From the NCBI RefSeq assembly GCF_001677475.2, contig NZ_CP015229.1: a stretch of DNA of 64,000 bases; one strand, given 5' to 3'. Shown one piece after another: positions 39,962-52,477 of the stretch (position 1 is its first letter; every line of letters begins with the position of its first letter). Origin of the DNA: Escherichia coli. Lineage in GTDB: Bacteria > Pseudomonadota > Gammaproteobacteria > Enterobacterales > Enterobacteriaceae. Both the position numbers and the translations under genes were made by a program. The notes beneath the pieces were generated by a model, which saw only the letters and a list, made by a program, of their open reading frames with translations, did no database searches and had not been told where the DNA came from.

Positions 39962-41402
39962 AGTAATTCTACCGCTGGTCGCCTATCTGGTGGTGGTGTT
40001 CGGTATCTCTGTTTATGCGATGCGTAAACGGAGCACCGGCACCTTCCTTAATGAGTATTTCCTCGGCAGCCGCTCTATGGGCGGTATTGTGCTGGCGATG
40101 ACGCTCACCGCGACCTATATCAGTGCCAGTTCGTTTATCGGCGGGCCTGGAGCTGCTTATAAATACGGCCTGGGTTGGGTATTACTGGCGATGATTCAGC
40201 TTCCTGCAGTCTGGCTTTCACTCGGTATTCTCGGCAAGAAGTTCGCGATTCTTGCGCGCCGCTACAATGCAGTGACGCTGAACGATATGCTATTTGCCCG
40301 CTACCAGAGTCGTCTTCTGGTGTGGCTGGCGAGTTTGAGTTTGCTGGTTGCGTTCGTTGGTGCGATGACCGTGCAGTTTATCGGCGGTGCGCGCCTGCTG
40401 GAAACCGCGGCGGGTATTCCTTATGAAACCGGGCTGCTGATTTTTGGTATCAGCATTGCGTTATATACCGCCTTTGGTGGCTTTCGCGCCAGCGTGCTGA
40501 ACGACACCATGCAAGGGCTGGTAATGCTGATTGGCACCGTTGTGCTGCTTATTGGCGTGGTACATGCCGCTGGCGGCTTAAGCAACGCAGTACAGACCTT
40601 GCAAACTATCGATCCGCAACTGGTTACGCCACAAGGCGCTGACGATATTCTGTCGCCTGCCTTTATGACATCGTTCTGGGTACTGGTGTGTTTTGGCGTG
40701 ATTGGCCTGCCGCATACTGCGGTGCGCTGTATCTCTTATAAAGACAGCAAAGCCGTACACCGGGGGATCATCATCGGTACGATTGTGGTCGCAATTCTGA
40801 TGTTCGGTATGCACCTGGCCGGAGCGTTAGGTCGGGCGGTGATCCCCGATCTCACCGTACCGGACCTGGTGATCCCAACGTTAATGGTAAAAGTGCTGCC
40901 ACCGTTTGCTGCCGGGATCTTCCTGGCTGCACCGATGGCCGCGATCATGTCGACGATCAATGCCCAGTTGCTGCAAAGTTCCGCTACGATCATTAAAGAT
41001 CTCTATCTGAATATCCGTCCGGATCAAATGCAAAACGAGACGCGTCTGAAGCGGATGTCGGCGGTAATTACGTTAGTTCTCGGTGCGTTGCTGCTGCTTG
41101 CCGCCTGGAAGCCGCCAGAAATGATCATCTGGCTGAATTTGCTGGCCTTCGGTGGGCTGGAAGCCGTTTTCCTGTGGCCGCTGGTGCTGGGTCTTTACTG
41201 GGAACGCGCCAACGCCAAAGGCGCGCTAAGTGCGATGATCGTTGGCGGCGTACTGTATGCCGTACTCGCGACACTGAATATTCAGTACCTGGGCTTCCAC
41301 CCTATCGTGCCCTCGTTACTACTAAGTTTGCTGGCTTTCCTGGTCGGAAACCGTTTCGGTACATCCGTCCCGCAAGCTACCGTTTTTACTACTGATAAAT
41401 AA
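39951..41402 (+). CDS. panF: Sodium/pantothenate symporter
   Basis: ORF trimmed to ATG 39951 giving 483 aa ([26 protein letters not shown]...). Confidence 0.95.
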
Positions 41403-41413
41403 AGAGTTTTGCC

Positions 41414-42295
41414 ATGCCTTGGATCCAACTGAAACTGAACACCACCGGCGCGAACGCGGAAGATCTTAGCGATGCGCTGATGGAAGCGGGTGCCGTTTCT
41501 ATCACTTTTCAGGATACCCACGATACGCCAGTATTTGAGCCGCTGCCGGGCGAAACTCGCCTGTGGGGCGACACCGATGTGATTGGTCTGTTCGACGCTG
41601 AAACCGATATGAACGACGTGGTGGCGATTCTGGAAAACCATCCGCTGCTCGGCGCAGGCTTCGCGCATAAAATCGAACAATTGGAAGATAAAGACTGGGA
41701 GCGCGAATGGATGGATAATTTCCACCCGATGCGCTTTGGTGAACGACTGTGGATCTGCCCAAGCTGGCGTGATGTCCCGGACGAAAACGCCGTCAACGTG
41801 ATGTTAGACCCAGGGCTGGCGTTTGGTACAGGGACTCATCCAACTACCTCTCTGTGCCTGCAATGGCTCGACAGCCTCGATTTAACTGGTAAAACGGTCA
41901 TCGACTTTGGCTGCGGTTCCGGCATTCTGGCTATTGCGGCGCTGAAGTTAGGTGCAGCAAAAGCCATTGGTATTGATATCGATCCGCAGGCGATTCAGGC
42001 CAGCCGCGACAACGCCGAACGTAATGGCGTTTCTGACCGTCTGGAACTCTACTTACCGAAAGATCAGCCAGAAGAAATGAAAGCCGACGTGGTGGTCGCT
42101 AACATCCTTGCAGGCCCATTACGTGAACTGGCACCGTTAATCAGCGTCCTGCCGGTTTCAGGCGGTTTGCTGGGCCTTTCCGGTATTCTGGCAAGCCAGG
42201 CAGAGAGCGTTTGTGAAGCTTATGCCGACAGCTTCGCACTGGACCCGGTCGTGGAAAAAGAAGAGTGGTGCCGCATTACCGGTCGTAAGAATTAA
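41414..42295 (+). CDS. prmA: Ribosomal protein L11 methyltransferase
   Basis: 293-aa ORF with SAM-binding [13 protein letters not shown]. Confidence 0.95.
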
Positions 42296-42555
42296 CCTTC
42301 GCATCGCCGTAGGGTGACGCAGGGCGAAGTGCGAGCAAGGTCACAAAAGGCACGTTAATTTGCCGATTATTTACGCAAATTTGCGTGCCAAAATTTTCAT
42401 TCATAAAGAAAAATTGAGAACTTACTCAAATTTCTTTGAGTGTAAATTTTAGTCACTATTTTCTAATATGATGATTTTTATGAGTAATTATCGCGCCACG
42501 CTCATTTTAAATGCAATTCTTTGATCCATCTCAGAGGATTGGTCAAAGTTTGGCC

Positions 42556-42590
42556 TTTCATCTCGTGCAAAAAATGCGTAATATACGCCG
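42556..42590 (+). promoter_or_regulatory. Putative dusB-fis promoter (-35 TTCATC, -10 TAATAT, GC-rich discriminator ACGCCGCC)
   Basis: Seen directly about 35 bp upstream of dusB within an AT-rich region; a GC-rich discriminator is typical of stringently controlled promoters. Confidence 0.5.
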
Positions 42591-42623
42591 CCTTGCAGTC
42601 ACAGTATGGTCATTTCTTAACTC

Positions 42624-43589
42624 ATGCGCATCGGACAATATCAGCTCAGAAATCGCCTGATCGCAGCGCCCATGGCTGGCATTACAGACAGACCTTTTCG
42701 GACGTTGTGCTACGAGATGGGAGCCGGATTGACAGTATCCGAGATGATGTCTTCTAACCCACAGGTTTGGGAAAGCGACAAATCTCGTTTACGGATGGTG
42801 CACATTGATGAACCCGGTATTCGCACCGTGCAAATTGCTGGTAGCGATCCGAAAGAAATGGCAGATGCAGCACGTATTAACGTGGAAAGCGGTGCCCAGA
42901 TTATTGATATCAATATGGGTTGCCCGGCTAAAAAAGTGAATCGCAAGCTCGCAGGTTCAGCCCTCTTGCAGTACCCGGATGTCGTTAAATCGATCCTTAC
43001 CGAGGTCGTCAATGCAGTGGACGTTCCTGTTACCCTGAAAATTCGCACTGGCTGGGCACCGGAACACCGTAACTGCGAAGAGATTGCCCAACTGGCTGAA
43101 GACTGTGGCATTCAGGCTCTGACCATTCATGGCCGTACACGCGCCTGTTTGTTCAATGGAGAAGCTGAGTACGACAGTATTCGGGCAGTTAAGCAGAAAG
43201 TTTCCATTCCGGTTATCGCGAATGGCGACATTACTGACCCGCTTAAAGCCAGAGCTGTGCTCGACTATACAGGGGCGGATGCCCTGATGATAGGCCGCGC
43301 AGCTCAGGGAAGACCCTGGATCTTTCGGGAAATCCAGCATTATCTGGACACTGGGGAGTTGCTGCCCCCGCTGCCTTTGGCAGAGGTTAAGCGCTTGCTT
43401 TGCGCGCACGTTCGGGAACTGCATGACTTTTATGGTCCGGCAAAAGGGTACCGAATTGCACGTAAACACGTTTCCTGGTATCTCCAGGAACACGCTCCAA
43501 ATGACCAGTTTCGGCGCACATTCAACGCCATTGAGGATGCCAGCGAACAGCTGGAGGCGTTGGAGGCATACTTCGAAAATTTTGCGTAA
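42624..43589 (+). CDS. dusB: tRNA-dihydrouridine synthase B
   Basis: 321-aa ORF ([26 protein letters not shown]...). Confidence 0.95.
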   Translation: MRIGQYQLRNRLIAAPMAGITDRPFRTLCYEMGAGLTVSEMMSSNPQVWESDKSRLRMVHIDEPGIRTVQIAGSDPKEMADAARINVESGAQIIDINMGCPAKKVNRKLAGSALLQYPDVVKSILTEVVNAVDVPVTLKIRTGWAPEHRNCEEIAQLAEDCGIQALTIHGRTRACLFNGEAEYDSIRAVKQKVSIPVIANGDITDPLKARAVLDYTGADALMIGRAAQGRPWIFREIQHYLDTGELLPPLPLAEVKRLLCAHVRELHDFYGPAKGYRIARKHVSWYLQEHAPNDQFRRTFNAIEDASEQLEALEAYFENFA

Positions 43590-43614
43590 ACAGAAATAAA
43601 GAGCTGACAGAACT

Positions 43615-43911
43615 ATGTTCGAACAACGCGTAAATTCTGACGTACTGACCGTTTCTACCGTTAACTCTCAGGATCAGGTAACCCAAAAACCCCTGCGTGA
43701 CTCGGTTAAACAGGCACTGAAGAACTATTTTGCTCAACTGAACGGTCAGGATGTGAATGACCTCTATGAGCTGGTACTGGCTGAAGTAGAACAGCCCCTG
43801 TTGGACATGGTGATGCAATACACCCGTGGTAACCAGACCCGTGCTGCGCTGATGATGGGCATCAACCGTGGTACGCTGCGTAAAAAATTGAAAAAATACG
43901 GCATGAACTAA
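43615..43911 (+). CDS. fis: Nucleoid-associated protein Fis
   Basis: 98-aa ORF, exact Fis sequence ([32 protein letters not shown]...). Confidence 0.97.
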
Positions 43912-43936
43912 TTCAGGTTAGCTAAATGCTTGATTA

Positions 43937-43974
43937 AAAAGGCGCTACTCGGCATGGGGAAGCGCCTTTTTTAT
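43937..43974 (+). terminator. Intrinsic terminator after fis
   Basis: aaaaaggcgct...agcgcctttttt hairpin. Confidence 0.7.
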
Positions 43975-43996
43975 AGGTGTCACAAAGGGAGTGACC

Positions 43997-44881
43997 ATGA
44001 GAACAGGATGTGAACCGACCCGATTTGGTAATGAAGCAAAGACCATCATCCAGGGTGATGCATTAACCGAACTTAAAAAGATCCCCGCCGAAAGTGTAGA
44101 TCTGATCTTTGCCGACCCACCGTATAACATCGGTAAAAATTTTGATGGTCTGATCGAAGCCTGGAAAGAAGATCTGTTTATCGACTGGCTGTTTGAAGTA
44201 ATTGCAGAGTGCCACCGCGTTCTGAAAAAGCAGGGCAGCATGTACATCATGAACAGCACGGAAAACATGCCCTTTATCGATCTCCAGTGCCGCAAGCTTT
44301 TTACCATCAAAAGTCGCATCGTCTGGTCATATGACAGTTCTGGAGTGCAGGCGAAAAAACACTACGGCTCCATGTACGAACCCATCCTGATGATGGTGAA
44401 AGACGCAAAGAACTACACGTTCAACGGTGATGCTATTCTGGTAGAAGCCAAAACCGGATCGCAGCGCGCGTTGATCGATTATCGCAAAAATCCTCCACAG
44501 CCTTACAATCATCAAAAAGTACCGGGTAACGTCTGGGATTTTCCGCGCGTGCGTTATTTGATGGATGAATATGAGAATCACCCGACGCAAAAACCGGAAG
44601 CCTTACTGAAACGCATTATTCTCGCCTCTTCCAACCCAGGCGATATCGTTCTCGACCCGTTTGCCGGTAGCTTTACTACCGGTGCCGTAGCCGTCGCCAG
44701 CGGGCGAAAATTCATTGGTATTGAGATCAACAGCGAGTACATCAAAATGGGGCTTCGACGGCTGGATGTCACGTCGCATTACTCTGCGGAAGAACTGGCG
44801 AAAGTGAAAAAAAGAAAGACCAGCAACCTGTCAAAACGAAGCAGGTTAAGCGAAGTTGACCCCGATCTCATTGCAAAGTAA
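43997..44881 (+). CDS. yhdJ: DNA adenine methyltransferase YhdJ
   Basis: ORF trimmed by 2 codons to give 294 aa; N6-adenine MTase motif DPPY (IFADPPYNIG). Confidence 0.9.
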   Translation: MRTGCEPTRFGNEAKTIIQGDALTELKKIPAESVDLIFADPPYNIGKNFDGLIEAWKEDLFIDWLFEVIAECHRVLKKQGSMYIMNSTENMPFIDLQCRKLFTIKSRIVWSYDSSGVQAKKHYGSMYEPILMMVKDAKNYTFNGDAILVEAKTGSQRALIDYRKNPPQPYNHQKVPGNVWDFPRVRYLMDEYENHPTQKPEALLKRIILASSNPGDIVLDPFAGSFTTGAVAVASGRKFIGIEINSEYIKMGLRRLDVTSHYSAEELAKVKKRKTSNLSKRSRLSEVDPDLIAK

Positions 44882-44964
44882 AGGAAGTGTAAGCCTGGTT
44901 TTCAGATTATTCATTTCGTGTATATTTCCTGCCAGACTTGGTTAAACATGCACAGGCTCAGGTA

Positions 44965-45144
44965 ATGATTCGCAAGTATTGGTGGCTCGTCGTTTTCGCT
45001 GTCTTCGTTTTTCTGTTTGATACTTTACTGATGCAGTGGATTGAACTGCTGGCAACAGAAACAGACAAATGCCGCAATATGAACTCAGTTAATCCACTAA
45101 AACTGGTTAACTGTGACGAACTGAATTTTCAGGACAGAATGTGA
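44965..45144 (+). CDS. yhdU: Small membrane protein YhdU
   Basis: ORF trimmed to the internal ATG giving 59 aa (MIRKYWWLVVFAVFVFLFDTLL...). Confidence 0.75.
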   Translation: MIRKYWWLVVFAVFVFLFDTLLMQWIELLATETDKCRNMNSVNPLKLVNCDELNFQDRM

Positions 45145-45146
45145 AT

Positions 45147-45809
45147 TTATATGACACTTAATTCATTCGTTTGATGAATTAATTTCGTTATGTTTTCATC
45201 TGGCATGAACATTCTTAATACGTTATCGACCAGTGCGGGTGCTTGTTTATAAAGATCATAACCCGCCATATTCATTAACCAGTTTTGAACAATTCCGCTG
45301 AAGGCACCATCAATAATAATCATCACAACATCTAAATCGAGATTATTTGCTATACAACCTTGTTGCTGACATGCCTGCAATACTTCGTGGAGAGTCTGCG
45401 GATTAAAACCCATCTTTTCGCGTATCACTCCCTCTGCCAGCATCTCATCATTAAATTCACATTTGTGATATAAGATTTTCAGCAACGACTGCTGGCGGGG
45501 AATTTTGGCAATATATTGCAAGCCAACAATCAATTTTTCACGCAATTGCTGAAACGGGTCATGCTCTAACCCAGCAGTCAAGTGATCCTGGATTAACTCC
45601 CGCAATGAAGGCTGTTGCAACCACATCTCATTAAACAGTTGGGTCTTGTTCTCGAAGTGCCAGTAGATAGCGCCACGCGTAACGTTAGCGGCGTCGGCAA
45701 TGTCGTTGAGCGTCGTCTTGCTTACGCCATGCTGCGCAAACTGGGCGATGGCAGTTTCAATCAGTTCTTGCCGGGTCTTCAGGGCTTCAGCTTTGGTTCT
45801 TTTTGCCAT
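45147..45809 (-). CDS. acrS: TetR-family repressor AcrS (EnvR)
   Basis: 220-aa ORF with N-terminal TetR HTH, divergent from acrEF. Confidence 0.9.
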   Translation of the reverse strand: MAKRTKAEALKTRQELIETAIAQFAQHGVSKTTLNDIADAANVTRGAIYWHFENKTQLFNEMWLQQPSLRELIQDHLTAGLEHDPFQQLREKLIVGLQYIAKIPRQQSLLKILYHKCEFNDEMLAEGVIREKMGFNPQTLHEVLQACQQQGCIANNLDLDVVMIIIDGAFSGIVQNWLMNMAGYDLYKQAPALVDNVLRMFMPDENITKLIHQTNELSVI

Positions 45810-46206
45810 GATTAATTATTCAGGAAATAAATATATTCGACACAGGATGAGAAAATAGCGAAGGTTAATCTATCATCTAATGTGTATTTATACGAGAGGG
45901 TAACATTGAGTTGCTATAAATCGTCAAATAAATAATATATATTATTTACCTAAGATACATTCACTACATCAATATATATTTCAATTTACGAGGTTTTAAT
46001 TCTGCTTCTTTCAGCCCGCGTCAAAACAAAACATTAGAATATTAATCTTTTTTTGCGTTTATGTGCCTTAGACGCCAGTATTCATAACTATTTCTTACAT
46101 CGACGAATGATAATTTGTAGGATAGCGAACTGTATTTTTCTTTCTGCGAGTTAACGCGTTGCCTTTTCGGGTAAATAACGCGCTTTTGGTTTTTTGAGGA
46201 ATAGTA

Positions 46207-47364
46207 ATGACGAAACATGCCAGGTTTTTCCTCCTGCCCTCCTTTATCCTGTTCTCCGCTGCTTTAATCGCAGGCTGTAACGATAAGGGAGAAGAGAAAG
46301 CTCACGTCGGTGAACCGCAGGTTACCGTTCATGTTGTGAAAACGGCCCCGCTAGAAGTTAAGACTGAATTACCAGGCCGCACCAACGCTTTCCGTATAGC
46401 CGAAGTTCGCCCACAGGTTAGCGGGATCGTACTGAATCGCAATTTCACTGAAGGCAGCGATGTGCAAGCAGGCCAGTCCCTGTACCAGATCGATCCCGCG
46501 ACCTATCAGGCAAATTATGACAGCGCGAAAGGCGAACTGGCGAAAAGTGAAGCCGCCGCCGCCATCGCGCATTTGACGGTAAAACGTTACGTTCCGCTCG
46601 TGGGTACGAAATACATCAGTCAGCAGGAGTACGACCAGGCCATTGCTGATGCTCGCCAGGCCGATGCCGCCGTGATTGCCACAAAAGCCACGGTCGAAAG
46701 CGCTCGCATCAATCTCGCTTATACCAAAGTGACTGCGCCAATTAGCGGACGTATCGGCAAATCGACTGTGACCGAAGGCGCTCTTGTCACTAATGGGCAA
46801 ACGACTGAACTGGCGACTGTCCAGCAGCTCGATCCTATCTACGTTGATGTGACCCAATCCAGCAACGATTTTATGAGGCTGAAGCAATCCGTAGAGCAAG
46901 GAAATTTGCATAAGGAAAACGCCACCAGCAACGTAGAGTTGGTCATGGAAAACGGTCAAACCTATCCCCTGAAAGGTACGCTGCAATTCTCCGATGTGAC
47001 CGTTGATGAAAGCACCGGCTCCATAACCCTACGTGCCGTCTTCCCTAACCCGCAACATACGCTTTTACCTGGTATGTTTGTGCGCGCACGGATTGATGAA
47101 GGCGTCCAATCTGATGCCATTCTTATCCCGCAACAAGGCGTTAGCCGCACACCGCGTGGTGATGCAACCGTGCTGATTGTTAACGATAAAAGTCAGGTTG
47201 AAGCGCGCCCTGTCGTTGCCAGCCAGGCGATTGGCGATAAATGGTTGATTAGCGAAGGTCTGAAATCTGGCGATCAAGTCATTGTCAGCGGCCTGCAAAA
47301 AGCGCGTCCGGGAGAGCAGGTTAAAGCCACTACCGATATCCCCGCAGATACTGCATCGAAGTAA
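46207..47364 (+). CDS. acrE: Multidrug efflux membrane-fusion lipoprotein AcrE
   Basis: 385-aa ORF with lipobox (LIAGC). Confidence 0.95.
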   Translation: MTKHARFFLLPSFILFSAALIAGCNDKGEEKAHVGEPQVTVHVVKTAPLEVKTELPGRTNAFRIAEVRPQVSGIVLNRNFTEGSDVQAGQSLYQIDPATYQANYDSAKGELAKSEAAAAIAHLTVKRYVPLVGTKYISQQEYDQAIADARQADAAVIATKATVESARINLAYTKVTAPISGRIGKSTVTEGALVTNGQTTELATVQQLDPIYVDVTQSSNDFMRLKQSVEQGNLHKENATSNVELVMENGQTYPLKGTLQFSDVTVDESTGSITLRAVFPNPQHTLLPGMFVRARIDEGVQSDAILIPQQGVSRTPRGDATVLIVNDKSQVEARPVVASQAIGDKWLISEGLKSGDQVIVSGLQKARPGEQVKATTDIPADTASK

Positions 47365-47375
47365 GGCAATCTGAC

Positions 47376-50300
47376 ATGGCAAACTTTTTTATTCGACGAC
47401 CGATATTTGCATGGGTGCTGGCCATTATTCTGATGATGGCGGGCGCACTGGCGATCCTACAATTGCCCGTCGCCCAGTATCCAACCATTGCGCCGCCCGC
47501 GGTTTCTGTTTCGGCAAACTATCCGGGCGCTGATGCGCAGACCGTGCAGGATACGGTGACGCAGGTTATCGAACAGAATATGAATGGTATCGATAACCTG
47601 ATGTATATGTCCTCCACCAGCGATTCCGCCGGTAGCGTGACAATTACCCTTACCTTCCAGTCCGGGACCGATCCAGATATCGCGCAAGTGCAAGTGCAGA
47701 ACAAACTCCAGCTCGCCACGCCGTTGCTGCCGCAGGAGGTTCAGCAGCAGGGGATCAGTGTTGAAAAGTCCAGTAGCAGCTATTTGATGGTGGCGGGCTT
47801 TGTCTCTGATAACCCAGGCACCACACAGGACGATATCTCGGACTATGTGGCCTCTAACGTTAAAGATACGCTTAGCCGTCTGAATGGCGTCGGTGACGTA
47901 CAGCTTTTCGGCGCACAGTATGCGATGCGTATCTGGCTGGACGCCGATCTGCTAAACAAATATAAACTGACACCGGTTGATGTGATTAACCAGTTGAAGG
48001 TACAGAACGATCAGATCGCTGCCGGACAGTTGGGCGGAACGCCAGCGTTACCAGGGCAACAGTTGAATGCCTCGATTATTGCTCAAACGCGGTTAAAAAA
48101 TCCGGAAGAATTCGGCAAAGTGACCCTGCGCGTAAACAGTGACGGCTCGGTGGTACGCCTGAAAGATGTCGCACGGGTTGAACTTGGCGGTGAAAACTAT
48201 AACGTTATCGCTCGCATCAACGGAAAACCGGCGGCAGGTCTGGGTATTAAGCTGGCAACCGGTGCGAACGCTCTCGATACCGCGAAATCCATTAAGGCAA
48301 AACTAGCGGAATTACAGCCATTCTTTCCGCAGGGAATGAAGGTTCTCTACCCTTATGACACCACACCATTCGTCCAGCTTTCTATTCACGAAGTGGTAAA
48401 AACGCTGTTCGAAGCCATTATGCTGGTGTTCCTGGTGATGTATCTGTTCTTGCAGAATATGCGAGCAACGCTGATCCCCACCATTGCGGTACCTGTGGTG
48501 TTGTTAGGGACGTTTGCCATCCTCGCCGCTTTTGGTTACTCCATCAACACACTAACGATGTTCGGGATGGTGCTTGCCATCGGGCTGCTCGTCGATGATG
48601 CGATAGTGGTGGTGGAGAACGTCGAGCGCGTGATGATGGAGGATAAGCTCCCGCCAAAAGAAGCGACGGAAAAATCAATGTCGCAAATCCAGGGCGCACT
48701 GGTGGGTATCGCGATGGTGCTGTCAGCGGTATTTATTCCAATGGCATTCTTCGGCGGTTCTACTGGGGCAATTTACCGCCAGTTCTCTATCACCATCGTT
48801 TCGGCAATGGCGCTTTCTGTTCTGGTGGCATTGATTCTTACCCCAGCGTTATGTGCAACACTGCTCAAACCCGTCTCTGCTGAGCATCACGAAAATAAGG
48901 GCGGTTTCTTCGGCTGGTTTAATACCACCTTCGATCATAGCGTTAACCACTACACCAACAGCGTCGGCAAAATCCTCGGTTCCACAGGACGATATTTACT
49001 GATCTATGCGCTGATTGTTGCAGGAATGGTGGTGTTGTTTTTACGTCTTCCGTCTTCCGTCTTACCTGAAGAGGATCAGGGTGTCTTTCTGACTATGATT
49101 CAGTTACCCGCTGGCGCGACGCAAGAGCGGACGCAAAAAGTGTTGGATCAAGTGACGGATTACTATCTGAAGAACGAGAAAGCGAACGTTGAAAGTGTTT
49201 TTACGGTTAACGGCTTTAGCTTCAGCGGCCAGGCACAAAACGCCGGTATGGCCTTCGTCAGTCTGAAACCGTGGGAAGAGCGTAATGGTGATGAAAACAG
49301 TGCGGAAGCGGTAATCCATCGTGCCAAAATGGAATTGGGCAAGATTCGCGACGGTTTTGTCATTCCATTCAATATGCCAGCCATTGTTGAACTGGGCACG
49401 GCAACGGGTTTCGACTTTGAGTTAATTGATCAGGCTGGGCTGGGTCACGATGCCCTAACCCAGGCCCGTAACCAGTTGCTTGGCATGGCGGCGCAACATC
49501 CTGCCAGCTTAGTCAGCGTGCGTCCTAATGGCCTGGAAGACACCGCGCAGTTTAAACTGGAAGTTGACCAGGAAAAGGCGCAAGCATTAGGTGTTTCACT
49601 TTCTGACATCAATCAGACCATTTCAACGGCGTTGGGTGGGACTTACGTTAACGACTTCATCGACCGTGGTCGCGTGAAAAAGGTGTATGTTCAGGCGGAT
49701 GCCAAATTCCGTATGCTGCCAGAAGATGTCGATAAACTTTATGTCCGCAGCGCCAACGGCGAAATGGTGCCATTCTCGGCCTTTACCACTTCACATTGGG
49801 TATATGGCTCTCCGCGGCTGGAACGCTACAACGGTCTGCCGTCAATGGAGATTCAGGGGGAAGCCGCGCCAGGAACCAGTTCCGGCGATGCCATGGCGTT
49901 GATGGAAAACCTTGCGTCAAAATTACCTGCGGGCATTGGTTATGACTGGACGGGTATGTCGTATCAGGAACGCTTATCGGGAAACCAGGCTCCCGCTCTG
50001 GTAGCAATTTCCTTTGTGGTTGTTTTCCTGTGCCTTGCTGCACTCTATGAAAGCTGGTCAATTCCTGTCTCGGTTATGTTGGTCGTGCCGTTAGGGATTG
50101 TCGGCGTGCTACTGGCGGCGACACTCTTTAATCAAAAAAATGACGTCTACTTTATGGTGGGCTTGCTAACGACAATTGGCTTGTCGGCTAAAAACGCTAT
50201 TTTGATTGTTGAGTTCGCTAAAGATCTCATGGAGAAAGAGGGTAAAGGTGTTGTTGAAGCGACACTAATGGCAGTACGTATGCGTCTGCGTCCTATCCTG

Positions 50301-50480
50301 ATGACCTCTCTCGCCTTTATTCTCGGCGTATTACCGCTAGCTATCAGTAACGGTGCCGGCAGTGGCGCGCAGAACGCAGTGGGTATCGGGGTAATGGGCG
50401 GGATGGTCTCTGCAACGTTGCTGGCAATCTTCTTCGTGCCGGTGTTCTTTGTGGTGATCCGCCGTTGCTTTAAAGGATAA
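47376..50480 (+). CDS. acrF: RND multidrug efflux transporter AcrF
   Basis: 1034-aa ORF ([23 protein letters not shown]...). Confidence 0.95.
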   Translation: MANFFIRRPIFAWVLAIILMMAGALAILQLPVAQYPTIAPPAVSVSANYPGADAQTVQDTVTQVIEQNMNGIDNLMYMSSTSDSAGSVTITLTFQSGTDPDIAQVQVQNKLQLATPLLPQEVQQQGISVEKSSSSYLMVAGFVSDNPGTTQDDISDYVASNVKDTLSRLNGVGDVQLFGAQYAMRIWLDADLLNKYKLTPVDVINQLKVQNDQIAAGQLGGTPALPGQQLNASIIAQTRLKNPEEFGKVTLRVNSDGSVVRLKDVARVELGGENYNVIARINGKPAAGLGIKLATGANALDTAKSIKAKLAELQPFFPQGMKVLYPYDTTPFVQLSIHEVVKTLFEAIMLVFLVMYLFLQNMRATLIPTIAVPVVLLGTFAILAAFGYSINTLTMFGMVLAIGLLVDDAIVVVENVERVMMEDKLPPKEATEKSMSQIQGALVGIAMVLSAVFIPMAFFGGSTGAIYRQFSITIVSAMALSVLVALILTPALCATLLKPVSAEHHENKGGFFGWFNTTFDHSVNHYTNSVGKILGSTGRYLLIYALIVAGMVVLFLRLPSSVLPEEDQGVFLTMIQLPAGATQERTQKVLDQVTDYYLKNEKANVESVFTVNGFSFSGQAQNAGMAFVSLKPWEERNGDENSAEAVIHRAKMELGKIRDGFVIPFNMPAIVELGTATGFDFELIDQAGLGHDALTQARNQLLGMAAQHPASLVSVRPNGLEDTAQFKLEVDQEKAQALGVSLSDINQTISTALGGTYVNDFIDRGRVKKVYVQADAKFRMLPEDVDKLYVRSANGEMVPFSAFTTSHWVYGSPRLERYNGLPSMEIQGEAAPGTSSGDAMALMENLASKLPAGIGYDWTGMSYQERLSGNQAPALVAISFVVVFLCLAALYESWSIPVSVMLVVPLGIVGVLLAATLFNQKNDVYFMVGLLTTIGLSAKNAILIVEFAKDLMEKEGKGVVEATLMAVRMRLRPILMTSLAFILGVLPLAISNGAGSGAQNAVGIGVMGGMVSATLLAIFFVPVFFVVIRRCFKG

Positions 50481-50491
50481 ATCAGAAACAT

Positions 50492-50520
50492 AAAGGCACT
50501 TTCGGGTGCCTTTATTATTT
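50492..50520 (+). terminator. Intrinsic terminator after acrF
   Basis: aaaggcac-tttcggg-tgccttt followed by attattt. Confidence 0.65.
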
Positions 50521-50732
50521 CCAGTGAAACCCATAAAAATTAATAAGATATTCCTCTACTCACTCTTTAAAAACTTTCTATAGTTCCCGCTCCCTTCACT
50601 ATTTTTACAATTCACATAATTTGTCATTATTCATTCCGCAAGATTTATAACCTCCAGTGATAAAATGGCATTCAGCTCGTTAATAAGAGAGTTAACTTAT
50701 TAAGCGTTAGCGTTTATTACTGAGGTAACACC

Positions 50733-50954
50733 ATGAAAAGATTAATTCCTGTGGCATTGCTCACCGCATTGCTGGCGGGCTGTGCTCACGATTCGCCCTG
50801 CGTTCCGGTTTATGACGATCAGGGTCGACTGGTTCACACTAATACCTGTATGAAAGGCACGACTCAGGATAACTGGGAAACGGCTGGGGCTATTGCTGGC
50901 GGGGCAGCAGCTGTTGCTGGCCTGACGATGGGGATCATCGCTCTGTCGAAATAA
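50733..50954 (+). CDS. yhdV: Small lipoprotein YhdV
   Basis: 73-aa ORF with lipobox LLAGC and Gly/Ala-rich C-terminal TM-like segment. Confidence 0.85.
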   Translation: MKRLIPVALLTALLAGCAHDSPCVPVYDDQGRLVHTNTCMKGTTQDNWETAGAIAGGAAAVAGLTMGIIALSK

Positions 50955-51384
50955 CTGAACAGAGCGCGGAGTACCGCGCTCTGTTTAACGATACAGTATC
51001 TCACCATAAGATAAAATATTGCTATATTCTGCTGGGTAATTCCCTGCTGATTTAGCATGTTATATCGCGTTATTTCGCTGCTTTCGAAATAACGCATCAA
51101 TTTAATTTTCACACTTCCTACCAGAAATATACTCACGCTAACAATCATTATTCTGCTTAGTAAAAAACGCGTAAATATTTTGCGCCAAAATGTGGCGCAT
51201 GTTTCATTTTCGCACCATTGCGGGGCGCTGTTTTTATTATTTCCTGTCTACACTCAGCTTATTGCGACGCGAAATCGTGCGCAAAAGCTGGCACTACTTT
51301 TGCTTATAAGAGGATGGCCACAGACAGGTAAAAGACGTTTCCCAAATGTCCTATAACGATAATTTTCGCCTCACAGGAAGCATT

Positions 51385-52410
51385 ATGAAAAAGATGATGA
51401 TAGCCACACTGGCTGCCGCCAGCGTGCTGCTTGCCGTTGCAAATCAGGCGCATGCTGGTGCGACGCTTGATGCCGTTCAGAAAAAAGGTTTTGTGCAATG
51501 CGGGATCAGTGATGGATTACCTGGGTTCTCTTATGCCGATGCTGACGGTAAGTTTTCAGGTATTGATGTAGATGTTTGTCGTGGTGTTGCGGCAGCTGTA
51601 TTTGGTGACGACACGAAAGTGAAATATACCCCGCTCACTGCAAAAGAACGCTTCACGGCTTTACAGTCAGGGGAGGTGGATTTGCTCTCCCGTAATACGA
51701 CCTGGACTTCATCTCGCGATGCCGGGATGGGAATGGCATTTACCGGCGTCACTTATTACGACGGCATTGGCTTCCTGACTCACGATAAAGCGGGACTAAA
51801 AAGCGCGAAAGAACTGGATGGCGCTACCGTCTGTATTCAGGCGGGTACTGATACCGAACTCAACGTTGCCGATTACTTTAAGGCAAACAATATGAAGTAC
51901 ACACCAGTGACTTTCGATCGCTCTGACGAATCAGCGAAGGCACTGGAATCTGGTCGCTGCGATACGCTGGCCTCGGATCAATCACAACTGTATGCCCTGC
52001 GCATCAAATTAAGCAACCCGGCTGAATGGATTGTCTTACCGGAAGTTATCTCCAAAGAACCGCTTGGGCCGGTAGTTCGTCGTGGCGATGATGAATGGTT
52101 CTCGATTGTACGCTGGACGCTTTTCGCCATGCTGAATGCTGAAGAGATGGGCATCAATTCCCAGAACGTCGATGAAAAAGCGGCTAATCCAGCAACGCCT
52201 GATATGGCACATCTGCTGGGTAAAGAAGGCGATTACGGCAAGGATCTGAAGCTGGATAATAAATGGGCTTACAACATCATCAAACAGGTGGGTAACTACT
52301 CGGAAATTTTTGAGCGTAACGTAGGTTCAGAAAGCCCGCTGAAAATTAAACGTGGGCAAAATAATCTCTGGAATAACGGCGGTATTCAGTACGCGCCGCC
52401 CGTGCGTTAA
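51385..52410 (+). CDS. yhdW: Polar amino acid ABC transporter periplasmic binding protein YhdW
   Basis: ORF trimmed to ATG 51385 (AGGAAG RBS) giving 341 aa with signal peptide. Confidence 0.88.
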   Translation: MKKMMIATLAAASVLLAVANQAHAGATLDAVQKKGFVQCGISDGLPGFSYADADGKFSGIDVDVCRGVAAAVFGDDTKVKYTPLTAKERFTALQSGEVDLLSRNTTWTSSRDAGMGMAFTGVTYYDGIGFLTHDKAGLKSAKELDGATVCIQAGTDTELNVADYFKANNMKYTPVTFDRSDESAKALESGRCDTLASDQSQLYALRIKLSNPAEWIVLPEVISKEPLGPVVRRGDDEWFSIVRWTLFAMLNAEEMGINSQNVDEKAANPATPDMAHLLGKEGDYGKDLKLDNKWAYNIIKQVGNYSEIFERNVGSESPLKIKRGQNNLWNNGGIQYAPPVR

Positions 52411-52477
52411 GTCGGTGTGAGGTAACGAGCGTCGCTACGGCGGCGCTCTCTTCAGCGTTATGCTTTCCGAGGTTTCT

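Noticed and set aside
46369-46986. 205-aa minus-strand ORF antisense to acrE, and short frames opposite acrF (49104-49399, 49783-50061, 50147-50534)
   Set aside because: Antisense artefacts inside conserved efflux genes.
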